A stretch of 64,000 bases of DNA from positions 27,977 to 91,976 of IMG/VR virus record IMGVR_UViG_3300029957_000008, one strand, 5' to 3'. Origin of the DNA: a virus. Each line of letters begins with the position of its first letter. The stretch's first letter is position 1. The notes beneath the pieces were generated by a model, which searched no databases, had not been told where the DNA came from, and worked only from the letters and a program-made list of their open reading frames with translations. This document shows, piece by piece, positions 28,927 through 36,850 of this stretch. A program made the position numbers and the translations under genes.

Positions 28927-29352
28927 ATGAAGCTTTCGGCACGTCCTCTCATTGATGTTTCGTCTGTTAACGACTACGGTACGTCCGAACAGTTAGAGAT
29001 GACGGCCGGTGACAGCCCCACTCTTTACCTGCAACTCATTGATTTAGAAAAGAATCTAGCCAAATACGGCTACGAGCCGGCAGGGCTAAGGTATATGCCC
29101 CTGGCGACCACAACGCCTACCTTGGCTGTTACCTTTACCCATATTGACGACGCCAAGCAGTTCACCAGATTTGCCACACAGCCCTTTACTCAGGATCCTT
29201 CGATTTGGGCCTGTCCAATCCTAGCAAGCGATCCAATTGCCGGCACCGTTACAATCAAGTGTGTTTTGACTGAAAACAAAGGCACCTCCCTAGCCCCTAT
29301 TCCGGTTCAGAAGACCTTTACGATGCACGCTGCAGTGCTGGTTGGCGTATAA
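28927..29352 (+). CDS. virion structural protein
   Basis: Late motif ends just upstream; precedes the neck gene. Confidence 0.55.
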   Translation: MKLSARPLIDVSSVNDYGTSEQLEMTAGDSPTLYLQLIDLEKNLAKYGYEPAGLRYMPLATTTPTLAVTFTHIDDAKQFTRFATQPFTQDPSIWACPILASDPIAGTVTIKCVLTENKGTSLAPIPVQKTFTMHAAVLVGV

Positions 29353-30199
29353 TATGGCTGATTTCTCAAATTCCAAGGACGGCTTAGGTCGGGTTCTATC
29401 AGAGAACGCGGTTGCCGTCCAGTGGGAGGACTTAGAACCCCTCCTTTCTCCCCAACAGCTGATCAGGCTCCATCTCTTTGGTCTACCCCTCGTTTCTGGT
29501 GTAAGGAATCCTATCACCAGAAAATTTGACGTAATGACGAGCGATATTCTCAAGGAGCATATTCTCAATGCGATTGCCCTTGCGGAAGAGGAAGCCAGGA
29601 TTGACATCTTCCCTCGTCAGTACAAGGAGAAGCAGGCGTTCGACAGAGTAGCCTATCAGAACTTTGGCTACTTTCAACTGCGCCACCTTCCTGTAGACAG
29701 CATCCAAGACCTCGTAGTTGCTACCTCGTCTGAAGACCAAGTCTATAGAGTCCCCTTGGACTGGATCGACGTGGGATATCTCAGGCAAGGGCAGATGAAC
29801 ATTCTACCCCTAACCCTCAAGATTCAAAACGGTGTTATGTCCCCTCTTTTGGCCGGTCCAGGCGGCAGCGCCTTCCTGGCCATCTTTGGGAACTATCCAT
29901 GGCTGGCTTCTTTCTGGGAGGTTTTCTACACTACCGGCTTCAAGGATGGAACGCTCCCTAAGATCGTCAATCAGTACATCGGCACCATTGCGGCCATGGA
30001 GGTCATCTCGGCCCTGGCCGCAACCTATTCAAGGACAACTTCCAATAGCTTGAATATTGATGGTTTAGGACAGTCGATTTCTGGTCCTGGTCCTGAGCTG
30101 TATAAGACCCGACTGAACGATCTTGAAGTGAAGCGCAAGATGCTCTGTGGCCGCCTCAAGAACCGCCTTGGAGTCGGAATTTTAGTGAATAACGTTTAA
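29342..30199 (+). CDS. head-tail adaptor/neck protein
   Basis: AIALAEEEARIDI, YTTGF and SLNIDGLGQSIS, typical of Twort-like adaptors. Confidence 0.75.
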   Translation: MAYNMADFSNSKDGLGRVLSENAVAVQWEDLEPLLSPQQLIRLHLFGLPLVSGVRNPITRKFDVMTSDILKEHILNAIALAEEEARIDIFPRQYKEKQAFDRVAYQNFGYFQLRHLPVDSIQDLVVATSSEDQVYRVPLDWIDVGYLRQGQMNILPLTLKIQNGVMSPLLAGPGGSAFLAIFGNYPWLASFWEVFYTTGFKDGTLPKIVNQYIGTIAAMEVISALAATYSRTTSNSLNIDGLGQSISGPGPELYKTRLNDLEVKRKMLCGRLKNRLGVGILVNNV

Positions 30200-33100
30200 A
30201 TGGATCAAGACACCAAACCCAAGGAGTTTTCTGTCGTCATCATTTCTGATGGCCAAGGGAAAGTTCTGTTTGGCAAGCGAAACGACAATAAGAAGTGGAC
30301 GTTGGCTGCAGGCGGCCTTAATCCGGGCGAAACGCCCGAAGAAGGAGCCTTAAGAGAAATGTTCGAGGAGACAGGGTTAAGACCGAAGAAGCTGTCCTTT
30401 GTAACGACAAAAAAGACTCCCAACAATACAGTCCACTTCTTCTCATGTCAATGCCCCGGTGAGCCTACTACCGAAAACGATCCCGACAAGGAATGCTCCA
30501 AGCTTCAATGGGTTGATGTTCGTGGTGGAGTCCCTTCCAACATATGGAACAACCTCCATGGTCCAAAGGGCGATGAAAACATCGTAAGACAAGTCTACGA
30601 CCTCAAGAAGTCGGAGCAAGTTTGGCTAGAGGATTGTGGATTCCTAGACCTATCTAAGTCAGAAAACGAGTCAGAGGTTTCGACACTTCTAAGGCACCCA
30701 AATCCCTCTGAACGATCTCTAGCCCTTAAGCTCAACACCGTCACACCTCACGATCTAGCCGTGGCTATCCTAGATCCAGATCCTAAGGTCTGGGGAACGG
30801 CGTTTGACCACAAAGATGCTACCCACGCTCACACAATTCTCTCTTCTAATACTAGGGATGCTGCGGGAAACCCTCTTTGGGAACGACACAACCTGCTACT
30901 AAAAGACCCCAGGTTCAATAAAGAGCATCTTACGCTCATGGCTCATGCCGTCCGCAAAGACTCCTCGTTATCCCCTAAAGACCAAGCTGACAGACTTAAG
31001 GTCTTGGCCCTCAATGGGTACTCGGATCTCAAGAAGTCTTCTGCGTGGGCACATCATCTGTTATACGCAGGTTCCACCCAAGGACAAGATCTTGCCGACT
31101 CAAGTGCCGAACCTGTTCACGAGACCCTAAAGCCTCTCAAACACGAGTATGAATCGGCTCTATCGTCTGAGGACGCTATTGAGCCGCACAACGCTGGTTT
31201 GCATGACATTGGCCAGGTGTCTCATAAGGTGGTCTACAAGGTTGGATCTAACAAGCTCATGGTGAAGCCCTATGCCGAAGAAGAACAGCCTTTGTCTGGT
31301 TGGTCTGAAGGGGCTTCTCAAGCTATCTACCATGCCGCCGGTTTGGGACACCTACATCAAAGGTCCTTTGTGTCCCATCACGGCGGTGGGAAGTACAACA
31401 TTCCGGCTACTGTGATTCATTTGGATGCTGAGGCAACGCCTATCCATAAGGCTCCCTTAGGGACAGTCAGGGAGCAGAATCCGGCTTTGGATGACGAAGC
31501 CAGGAAGATGTCTGTGATGGACTTCCTTACGGCGAACCACGACCGGCACACCAACAACCTCATGGTCCAAAAGAACGGCCATTTGTTGGCCGTGGATAAC
31601 GCCAGTGCGTTTGGAAGCCACCCGTACACATTTCCTTACTACACCAATAAGGGTGTAAGCGTAGTTCTTGGAAAAAATCATGACATGCTGCCTGAAGGGA
31701 AGCAGGCCTATACACGGCTATTAGCCGATTGGTGGCCTGGGATTAGTACGGATGTGAAGTCTGAGCTGAATAAGCGGGTCGCCCAGATTAAGCACCCGGC
31801 TCACAGTCGGAGAATCAAGGAGGCCTTTGACCAAAGGGCTGCTTGGCTAGACCGAAAGTCTCAGGAAGCCAAAGCTGGAAATGTTAGTGGGTTTGATGAC
31901 TTTGCTCCTGCTCCGTTAGAGAAAAGGATGGAGGAAGCCGAGTTTCTTGGCGATCACCCTAAGATGAAAATCGAAGGGTTGCACGAGAATCTTTTGGACA
32001 AGCACCCGGCGTCAATGAACGCCGACGTAGAGCACTTTGAGAAGAACGTCAATACCTCTAAGCACAATGTACGCCCTTTGAAGGAGAAGCTCAAGGGGGC
32101 CGACATGAAGGCTGTTTACGGCCATGCGGATAAGAAGTACTTGGTTAAGCCGTCTGTTTTCAATAATGAAGAGCTGACCCACCTCAATACGCCACTTTCT
32201 GCCTGGTCAGAGCTTACACACCAGGCGATGTACCACGCTGGTGGTATCGGACACCTACACCAGAAGGTTCATGCCACTGTTGCCAAGAATGTGTTTCCTG
32301 ATGCTCATGGGCTCGTAGTCCACATGGAGCCAGGAGCCAAGGAAGTCCGGGAGCTTAATGATAAGGAGAAGACTGCGCTAACCAACCATCCTGACTTCAA
32401 GAAGATCCCCTTTATGGACTTTGTGACTTTTAACAAGGACCGTCACGAAGGAAATCTGATGGTTAAGCCTGACGGTACTCCGCTTGCGATTGACCACAGT
32501 CTTGTTTTTGGGAAAGACGCCGACTCCAAGTTCTCCTTAGAGAACCAAGATCTGCATTATGAAGAGCCGGGGTATGGATTCAGAACGCCTATGCAGACTG
32601 CGTCCAAACCGGATGCTAGCACTTGGGCTTGGTGGGACGCAAACAAAGACAAGATCAAAGAGTCTTTCCACAAGCACGCGGACCTTATTCCTCACAAAGA
32701 GACCCGGAACAGACTAAAAGACTCGTTCAACTACAGAATGGACATGCTGGAAGATGGCGCTACGCCCATGGGCCAGCCAATTAGGGAAGGCCTACATAAG
32801 ACACTTGAAGGTGCTGACTTCCTTCATAAACAGCACGATCAGCCGTCTTTAATCAAGCCCATCAACGTTGCTGGCGTCCATGACAAGCTCAAGGTCTCTA
32901 CTCCTGACGCCATAAAGATTCACAGGCAGAAGTTTGAGCTTGGGTTAAATCAGCACCCAACTGTGGCTAAGCCTGTAATGAGCTACGATCCTTCGGTCAA
33001 GCGAACACTTGCAGGTGAAGAACCTAAGGCTATCTACAAGATGGGCAATGACCACGTAATGGTTAAACCCCAGGCCGCTCCAACATCAAGGCTTTCGGCC

Positions 33101-33979
33101 TGGAACGAAATGACTTCCCAGGCGATGTACCACGCTGGAGGTATTGGGCATCTACACCAGAAGGTTCACGCAACAACTTTGGCCAATCAGGGGGGTAAGA
33201 CTGTTCTTGGCAAGGACCCCCACGCAATCGTGGTGCACATGGCGCCTAACGTCCGACCCGTTTCGGAGGCATTGAAGGACGATCAAGATACCAGCTTAGA
33301 CAGCATGGCCAGCAATCCAGAACACCTACAGTCTCTCAAGAAAATCGGGGTTATGGACTGGTTGACATCGAATCCTGATAGGCATGAGGGGAATATTATG
33401 ATTGCTCCCGATGGGTCTCCCTTGGCTATCGATCACGGTCGAGCTTTTTCAAGCGATAGAGTTCACGCTTTTGGTGGTGAGTATGATCGTGATTTGGAGG
33501 CTCAAGGTCGAATTGCTTTGGCCGGACACCTCAATCACCCCGACATGCCTAAGGCGACCAGTCAAATTATGGAAAGTGTTGGGAAGCAAAAGGCTTGGGA
33601 CGAAGCTGTGAACAAAGACCCTCACAAGCAGTTGGATGGGTTTGACAATTTTAGTGGGTATGGTGGTGGAGACTTTTTCTCCGACGCCACCAAAATGGGC
33701 GGATCCCCAGATGAGGAAACCTGGAACTGGTTTGACGCAAACAAAGATAAAATGCATGAGGCTTTTAGGAAGCACGCTAACATGCTCCCCGACCAAGACG
33801 CCCGAAACAAAATGATGGGGTCGTTTAATGTCAGGATGGAACACCTAAAGCAAGTTCGAGAGAATAGCCGAGGTAAGGATCCTAACAAGTTAGATGTTCA
33901 AAACCACTCACCCGTAGCTTATCGGCCTACGGCCCCAAGCATGGTTGAATCTCATCCAACGGAAAGAAGGGTAGCCTAA
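30200..33979 (+). CDS. polyprotein: NUDIX hydrolase + helical domain + three PI3/PI4K-HipA-like kinase domains
   Basis: Nudix box GGLNPGETPEEGALREMFEETGL. Three VKP...E...DRH[TE][NG]N...[VI]D[HN] units with catalytic loops at 31541, 32438 and 33377. Confidence 0.85.
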   Translation: MDQDTKPKEFSVVIISDGQGKVLFGKRNDNKKWTLAAGGLNPGETPEEGALREMFEETGLRPKKLSFVTTKKTPNNTVHFFSCQCPGEPTTENDPDKECSKLQWVDVRGGVPSNIWNNLHGPKGDENIVRQVYDLKKSEQVWLEDCGFLDLSKSENESEVSTLLRHPNPSERSLALKLNTVTPHDLAVAILDPDPKVWGTAFDHKDATHAHTILSSNTRDAAGNPLWERHNLLLKDPRFNKEHLTLMAHAVRKDSSLSPKDQADRLKVLALNGYSDLKKSSAWAHHLLYAGSTQGQDLADSSAEPVHETLKPLKHEYESALSSEDAIEPHNAGLHDIGQVSHKVVYKVGSNKLMVKPYAEEEQPLSGWSEGASQAIYHAAGLGHLHQRSFVSHHGGGKYNIPATVIHLDAEATPIHKAPLGTVREQNPALDDEARKMSVMDFLTANHDRHTNNLMVQKNGHLLAVDNASAFGSHPYTFPYYTNKGVSVVLGKNHDMLPEGKQAYTRLLADWWPGISTDVKSELNKRVAQIKHPAHSRRIKEAFDQRAAWLDRKSQEAKAGNVSGFDDFAPAPLEKRMEEAEFLGDHPKMKIEGLHENLLDKHPASMNADVEHFEKNVNTSKHNVRPLKEKLKGADMKAVYGHADKKYLVKPSVFNNEELTHLNTPLSAWSELTHQAMYHAGGIGHLHQKVHATVAKNVFPDAHGLVVHMEPGAKEVRELNDKEKTALTNHPDFKKIPFMDFVTFNKDRHEGNLMVKPDGTPLAIDHSLVFGKDADSKFSLENQDLHYEEPGYGFRTPMQTASKPDASTWAWWDANKDKIKESFHKHADLIPHKETRNRLKDSFNYRMDMLEDGATPMGQPIREGLHKTLEGADFLHKQHDQPSLIKPINVAGVHDKLKVSTPDAIKIHRQKFELGLNQHPTVAKPVMSYDPSVKRTLAGEEPKAIYKMGNDHVMVKPQAAPTSRLSAWNEMTSQAMYHAGGIGHLHQKVHATTLANQGGKTVLGKDPHAIVVHMAPNVRPVSEALKDDQDTSLDSMASNPEHLQSLKKIGVMDWLTSNPDRHEGNIMIAPDGSPLAIDHGRAFSSDRVHAFGGEYDRDLEAQGRIALAGHLNHPDMPKATSQIMESVGKQKAWDEAVNKDPHKQLDGFDNFSGYGGGDFFSDATKMGGSPDEETWNWFDANKDKMHEAFRKHANMLPDQDARNKMMGSFNVRMEHLKQVRENSRGKDPNKLDVQNHSPVAYRPTAPSMVESHPTERRVA

Positions 33980-33982
33980 GTG

Positions 33983-34011
33983 TTGACTTTTTGTAACGGT
34001 ATTGATATAGT
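33983..34011 (+). promoter_or_regulatory. sigma70-type promoter
   Basis: TTGACT-N17-TATAGT with TGA extension. Confidence 0.7.
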
Positions 34012-34019
34012 AGGACAAA

Positions 34020-34205
34020 ATGACTATTAAGGTCTATCACGCATCGAATAACTCAACCAAAAGCTACTCCGGGAGCCCTGAACAGGTTCTTGAGCAGTTG
34101 ATGGCTACCTATACGTTCCTCAAGCGCTATCCAACCCATTCCTTGGCTTGCGCGTTGAAGAACCTAGGTCGGCAGCAGAATTACTTCGTTGAGATCGAGG
34201 AATAG
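34020..34205 (+). CDS. small protein paralogous to the N-terminal domain of the downstream kinase
   Basis: KVYH...KSYSGSPEQV...LKNLGRQQN versus TVHN...QVYEGTEQDV...VKDLDRSQN. Confidence 0.65.
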   Translation: MTIKVYHASNNSTKSYSGSPEQVLEQLMATYTFLKRYPTHSLACALKNLGRQQNYFVEIEE

Positions 34206-35527
34206 TGCAAGTCACAGTCCACAACCACTTCAACGACCAGAAGCAGGTCTACGAAGGCACCGAACAGGATGTTCGATTTGAAATCTTTAATGATTTCCCG
34301 TATTTACTATCTAAATACGGTTCGGACGCCAATGTAGATCTTCTAGTTAAGGACCTTGATCGTTCCCAGAACCTTTCTGCCGTGATTTCTTCAATCACCC
34401 TAGCAAAAACCGAGGTAGAGCTACCTCAAACTCCTGAAGCTCAGTTCTTCCCCAAGGACCAGTATCTAGAACTGGTAAGGGAAGCCGCAGAGTTCCTGTC
34501 TGGCATTCCATGTGACAAAGAAATGCTACGCAGGACTCTCCAGGAGAACGATGGCGACGAGAAGGTTGCTTGTCTGGTATCTGTAGGTCTGGAGCCCTCT
34601 GAAGCCAACCTAGCGGCCCTAAGGGCCGTAATGAACGTTAGGTTAGCCAAGTCTGAAGAAGAGCCAATTGTCTTTAGTAAAGTTGAGGCTTTTAGTGATT
34701 CTGGCACAGATTTTGCCGAGATGATTAAAAGGGCCGTTACGGCCCAAACTATTAAGGAAATTCAATTCAAGGCCGGCAAGCATTCCAAGGGAACACTCCT
34801 AGCCAAGGACCCAGAGACCTTCACGCAGTTACTATTAAAGCCAGGAGCTGGCAAGCAAAATCCTGCACTTGGAGAAAGCCAAGTTCAAGCGTCCCAGAGC
34901 GTCCGGGAAGCGGCGTTTTACGCCGTAGCGGACGCATGGGGACTGGCCAAAGACCTGCCAGAGTGCAAGCTGCTGTATATTGACGATCAAGAGTATGCGG
35001 CTATGCAGTTTCTACCCCAGAAGTGGGTTAACGGCAACGATCTAAGGCGACAGGATCCCAATGCAGCCAGAAGATACCTGAGCCCCTACTTGATTCAGGG
35101 AGATGTCCATCGTTGGGCTGTATTAGACTATATTTTGGCCAATCCGGACAGGAACGCTGGAAATATCATGTTCCGGGATGGCCATATCAAGCTGATTGAC
35201 CATGGGTCGGCTTTGGCCGGGATCGACTTCAGTCCAGCTATTGACAACCACGCCTTTGTTCCTTACTACCTAAGAGTTTTTGCTTCTGGCGGTTTTGGCA
35301 AGATGGAGCCAGAGCAACGTCTGAAGGCGCTACCTCGACTGAATTCTGAGGGCGAAAAGAAGCTGGCCGAGTGGATTGGTAGGCTCAACAAGGAAGTCGT
35401 ACAAAAGATTCTAATTCCCTACGGGATCGATCCCACTCCTGAATTGGCTAGGTTGGAACTGTTGAAATTTGCGTGCAGTGTCCAGTCGGCCGATTTGGCT
35501 GTGTTAAGTGTGTGGACGATAGGATAG
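34205..35527 (+). CDS. PI3/PI4K-HipA-like kinase with N-terminal accessory domains
   Basis: GKHSKG, LLKPG, REAAFY, DYILANPDRNAGNIM and LIDHGSAL. Confidence 0.85.
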   Translation: MQVTVHNHFNDQKQVYEGTEQDVRFEIFNDFPYLLSKYGSDANVDLLVKDLDRSQNLSAVISSITLAKTEVELPQTPEAQFFPKDQYLELVREAAEFLSGIPCDKEMLRRTLQENDGDEKVACLVSVGLEPSEANLAALRAVMNVRLAKSEEEPIVFSKVEAFSDSGTDFAEMIKRAVTAQTIKEIQFKAGKHSKGTLLAKDPETFTQLLLKPGAGKQNPALGESQVQASQSVREAAFYAVADAWGLAKDLPECKLLYIDDQEYAAMQFLPQKWVNGNDLRRQDPNAARRYLSPYLIQGDVHRWAVLDYILANPDRNAGNIMFRDGHIKLIDHGSALAGIDFSPAIDNHAFVPYYLRVFASGGFGKMEPEQRLKALPRLNSEGEKKLAEWIGRLNKEVVQKILIPYGIDPTPELARLELLKFACSVQSADLAVLSVWTIG

Positions 35528-35574
35528 CTGCTACAAGTTTTGAATAGTAATCTTAGGTTAGAGGTACAACATCT

Positions 35575-35973
35575 ATGGCACTAGCGAGTTCGGTTCAGTT
35601 TGAACTTAATATGAAGGGTTCTGTCACAGGTCGTGAGTATGTGGGCCTTTTCGAGGCTAAGACCAAGACCTCGGTGATGGACACTCTTGAGGAGAATCGC
35701 GTTTACCGTAGGGTTCTAGGTGAAAACCCCCAGGATGCAGCGGAAGACATTAAGCGGATTGCTGAGGCGTATGCCTATTTACAGATCCGGCTGATTAAGT
35801 TCCCGGACTGGTGGAAGGAAGCTGGTCACGGTTTGGGCCTTGAGGACCTTGAAGTTCTGGCTAAGGTGAACAATACTGCCCGAGAGAAGATCGGCGCAGA
35901 GTACGAAAAGCTCGCTGCAGAGGCCGATGCGGCCAAGAAGGGGCTTAAGGAAGAGGCGGCTAAGTTAGGGTAA
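35575..35973 (+). CDS. tail assembly chaperone
   Basis: AYAYLQIRLIKFPDWW pattern; upstream of the tape measure gene. Confidence 0.6.
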   Translation: MALASSVQFELNMKGSVTGREYVGLFEAKTKTSVMDTLEENRVYRRVLGENPQDAAEDIKRIAEAYAYLQIRLIKFPDWWKEAGHGLGLEDLEVLAKVNNTAREKIGAEYEKLAAEADAAKKGLKEEAAKLG

Positions 35974-35977
35974 TCGT

Positions 35978-36589
35978 GTGGCTACAGAGTGGCCCCAAGC
36001 TCTTAGAATCATAGCATTCAAAGAGGCATTATCTAAAAATCCGTCTGCCGATTTTAGCTTGAGAAAGCTATTTCGGTGGTATTCAGTTAAGTACTGTACT
36101 CCTCTACATGTAGTAGAGACGTTGCCACTGTTTGATATCTTGCGCCATCACTATGAGGATACGGCGGTCGCTATGGTCGACTCGGACGATCAAGAGATGC
36201 AGATGAAACTGCAGGAAGAGCTGCTAAACCTCTGTAAGAGCGAATCGGAGTTAGCCCAAGAGAAGATTGAGAAAGACAGGGAAGAAGTGTCTGAAAGAAA
36301 GATGCTTTCGGATATGGAAAAACACAACAAATCCGGCTCGGAAATGGCGAAGGCCAAAAAGCGCCGGGAGTTAGATGCAAAGATCCAAAGGGACCGCAAG
36401 GTAGCCGAACAAGTAGAAAAGCTCCTTGGAAAGGACGCTTTGGGCTCTAAGGTGGATATCGGCGCTACGCCCACGTATCTTCCACCTGAAGACTTTCAGC
36501 CAGAGCCAGAAGACATCAACATGTCGTTTACCGGCCTAGACGAGATTGGAGATATTGATGGGTTGAGCAGTCTCACGGGATTGAAGTAG
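35978..36589 (+). CDS. second tail chaperone-like protein
   Basis: FRWYSVKYCTP motif; position between the chaperone and the tape measure gene. Confidence 0.5.
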   Translation: MATEWPQALRIIAFKEALSKNPSADFSLRKLFRWYSVKYCTPLHVVETLPLFDILRHHYEDTAVAMVDSDDQEMQMKLQEELLNLCKSESELAQEKIEKDREEVSERKMLSDMEKHNKSGSEMAKAKKRRELDAKIQRDRKVAEQVEKLLGKDALGSKVDIGATPTYLPPEDFQPEPEDINMSFTGLDEIGDIDGLSSLTGLK

Positions 36590-36590
36590 T

Positions 36591-36665
36591 TGGTTCTCCG
36601 GGTGTGGATCGAACACACTTGAGCCGCTTATAAAGCGGCCATTTTAACCATTAAATTACCGGAGA
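36591..36665 (-). tRNA. tRNA-Ile(UAU)
   Basis: Acceptor TCTCCGG/CCGGAGA, anticodon arm GCCGC-TTTATAA-GCGGC, T arm GTGTG-TTCGATC-CACAC, encoded ACCA. Confidence 0.9.
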
Positions 36666-36670
36666 GTATT

Positions 36671-36765
36671 TGGTCGGGATGGAGGATTCGATACCTCAGT
36701 GATGACCATTGCTGAGTCCATCGCCAGCCCCCATGGCTGGTGCATTTAACTTCTGCCACATCCCA
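36671..36765 (-). tRNA. atypical tRNA-Pro(UGG)-like gene with a long variable arm
   Basis: Acceptor TGGGATG/CATCCCG + ACCA; anticodon arm CCAGC-CATGGGG-GCTGG; ~26-nt extra arm; T arm GAGG-TATCGAAT-CCTC. Confidence 0.7.
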
Positions 36766-36772
36766 AGACCGA

Positions 36773-36801
36773 ATAGTACCGCATCCTCGTTTTCCTGTCA
36801 A
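36773..36801 (-). promoter_or_regulatory. sigma70-type promoter for the tRNA pair
   Basis: TTGACA-N17-TACTAT, 7 nt before the first tRNA. Confidence 0.8.
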
Positions 36802-36850
36802 CCAAATTTATTAGTAAGTTCTCCCTCCGACAATCTTTCTAGGGTAGATT

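Noticed and set aside
35940-35990. Programmed frameshift between the two tail chaperone genes
   Set aside because: No X XXY YYZ slippery heptamer near the stop, and the second ORF has its own GTG start.
36671-36765. Reading the second tRNA as Met/Ile2 (CAT)
   Set aside because: CAT occupies loop positions 32-34. The centred anticodon is TGG and the acceptor end is Pro-like.
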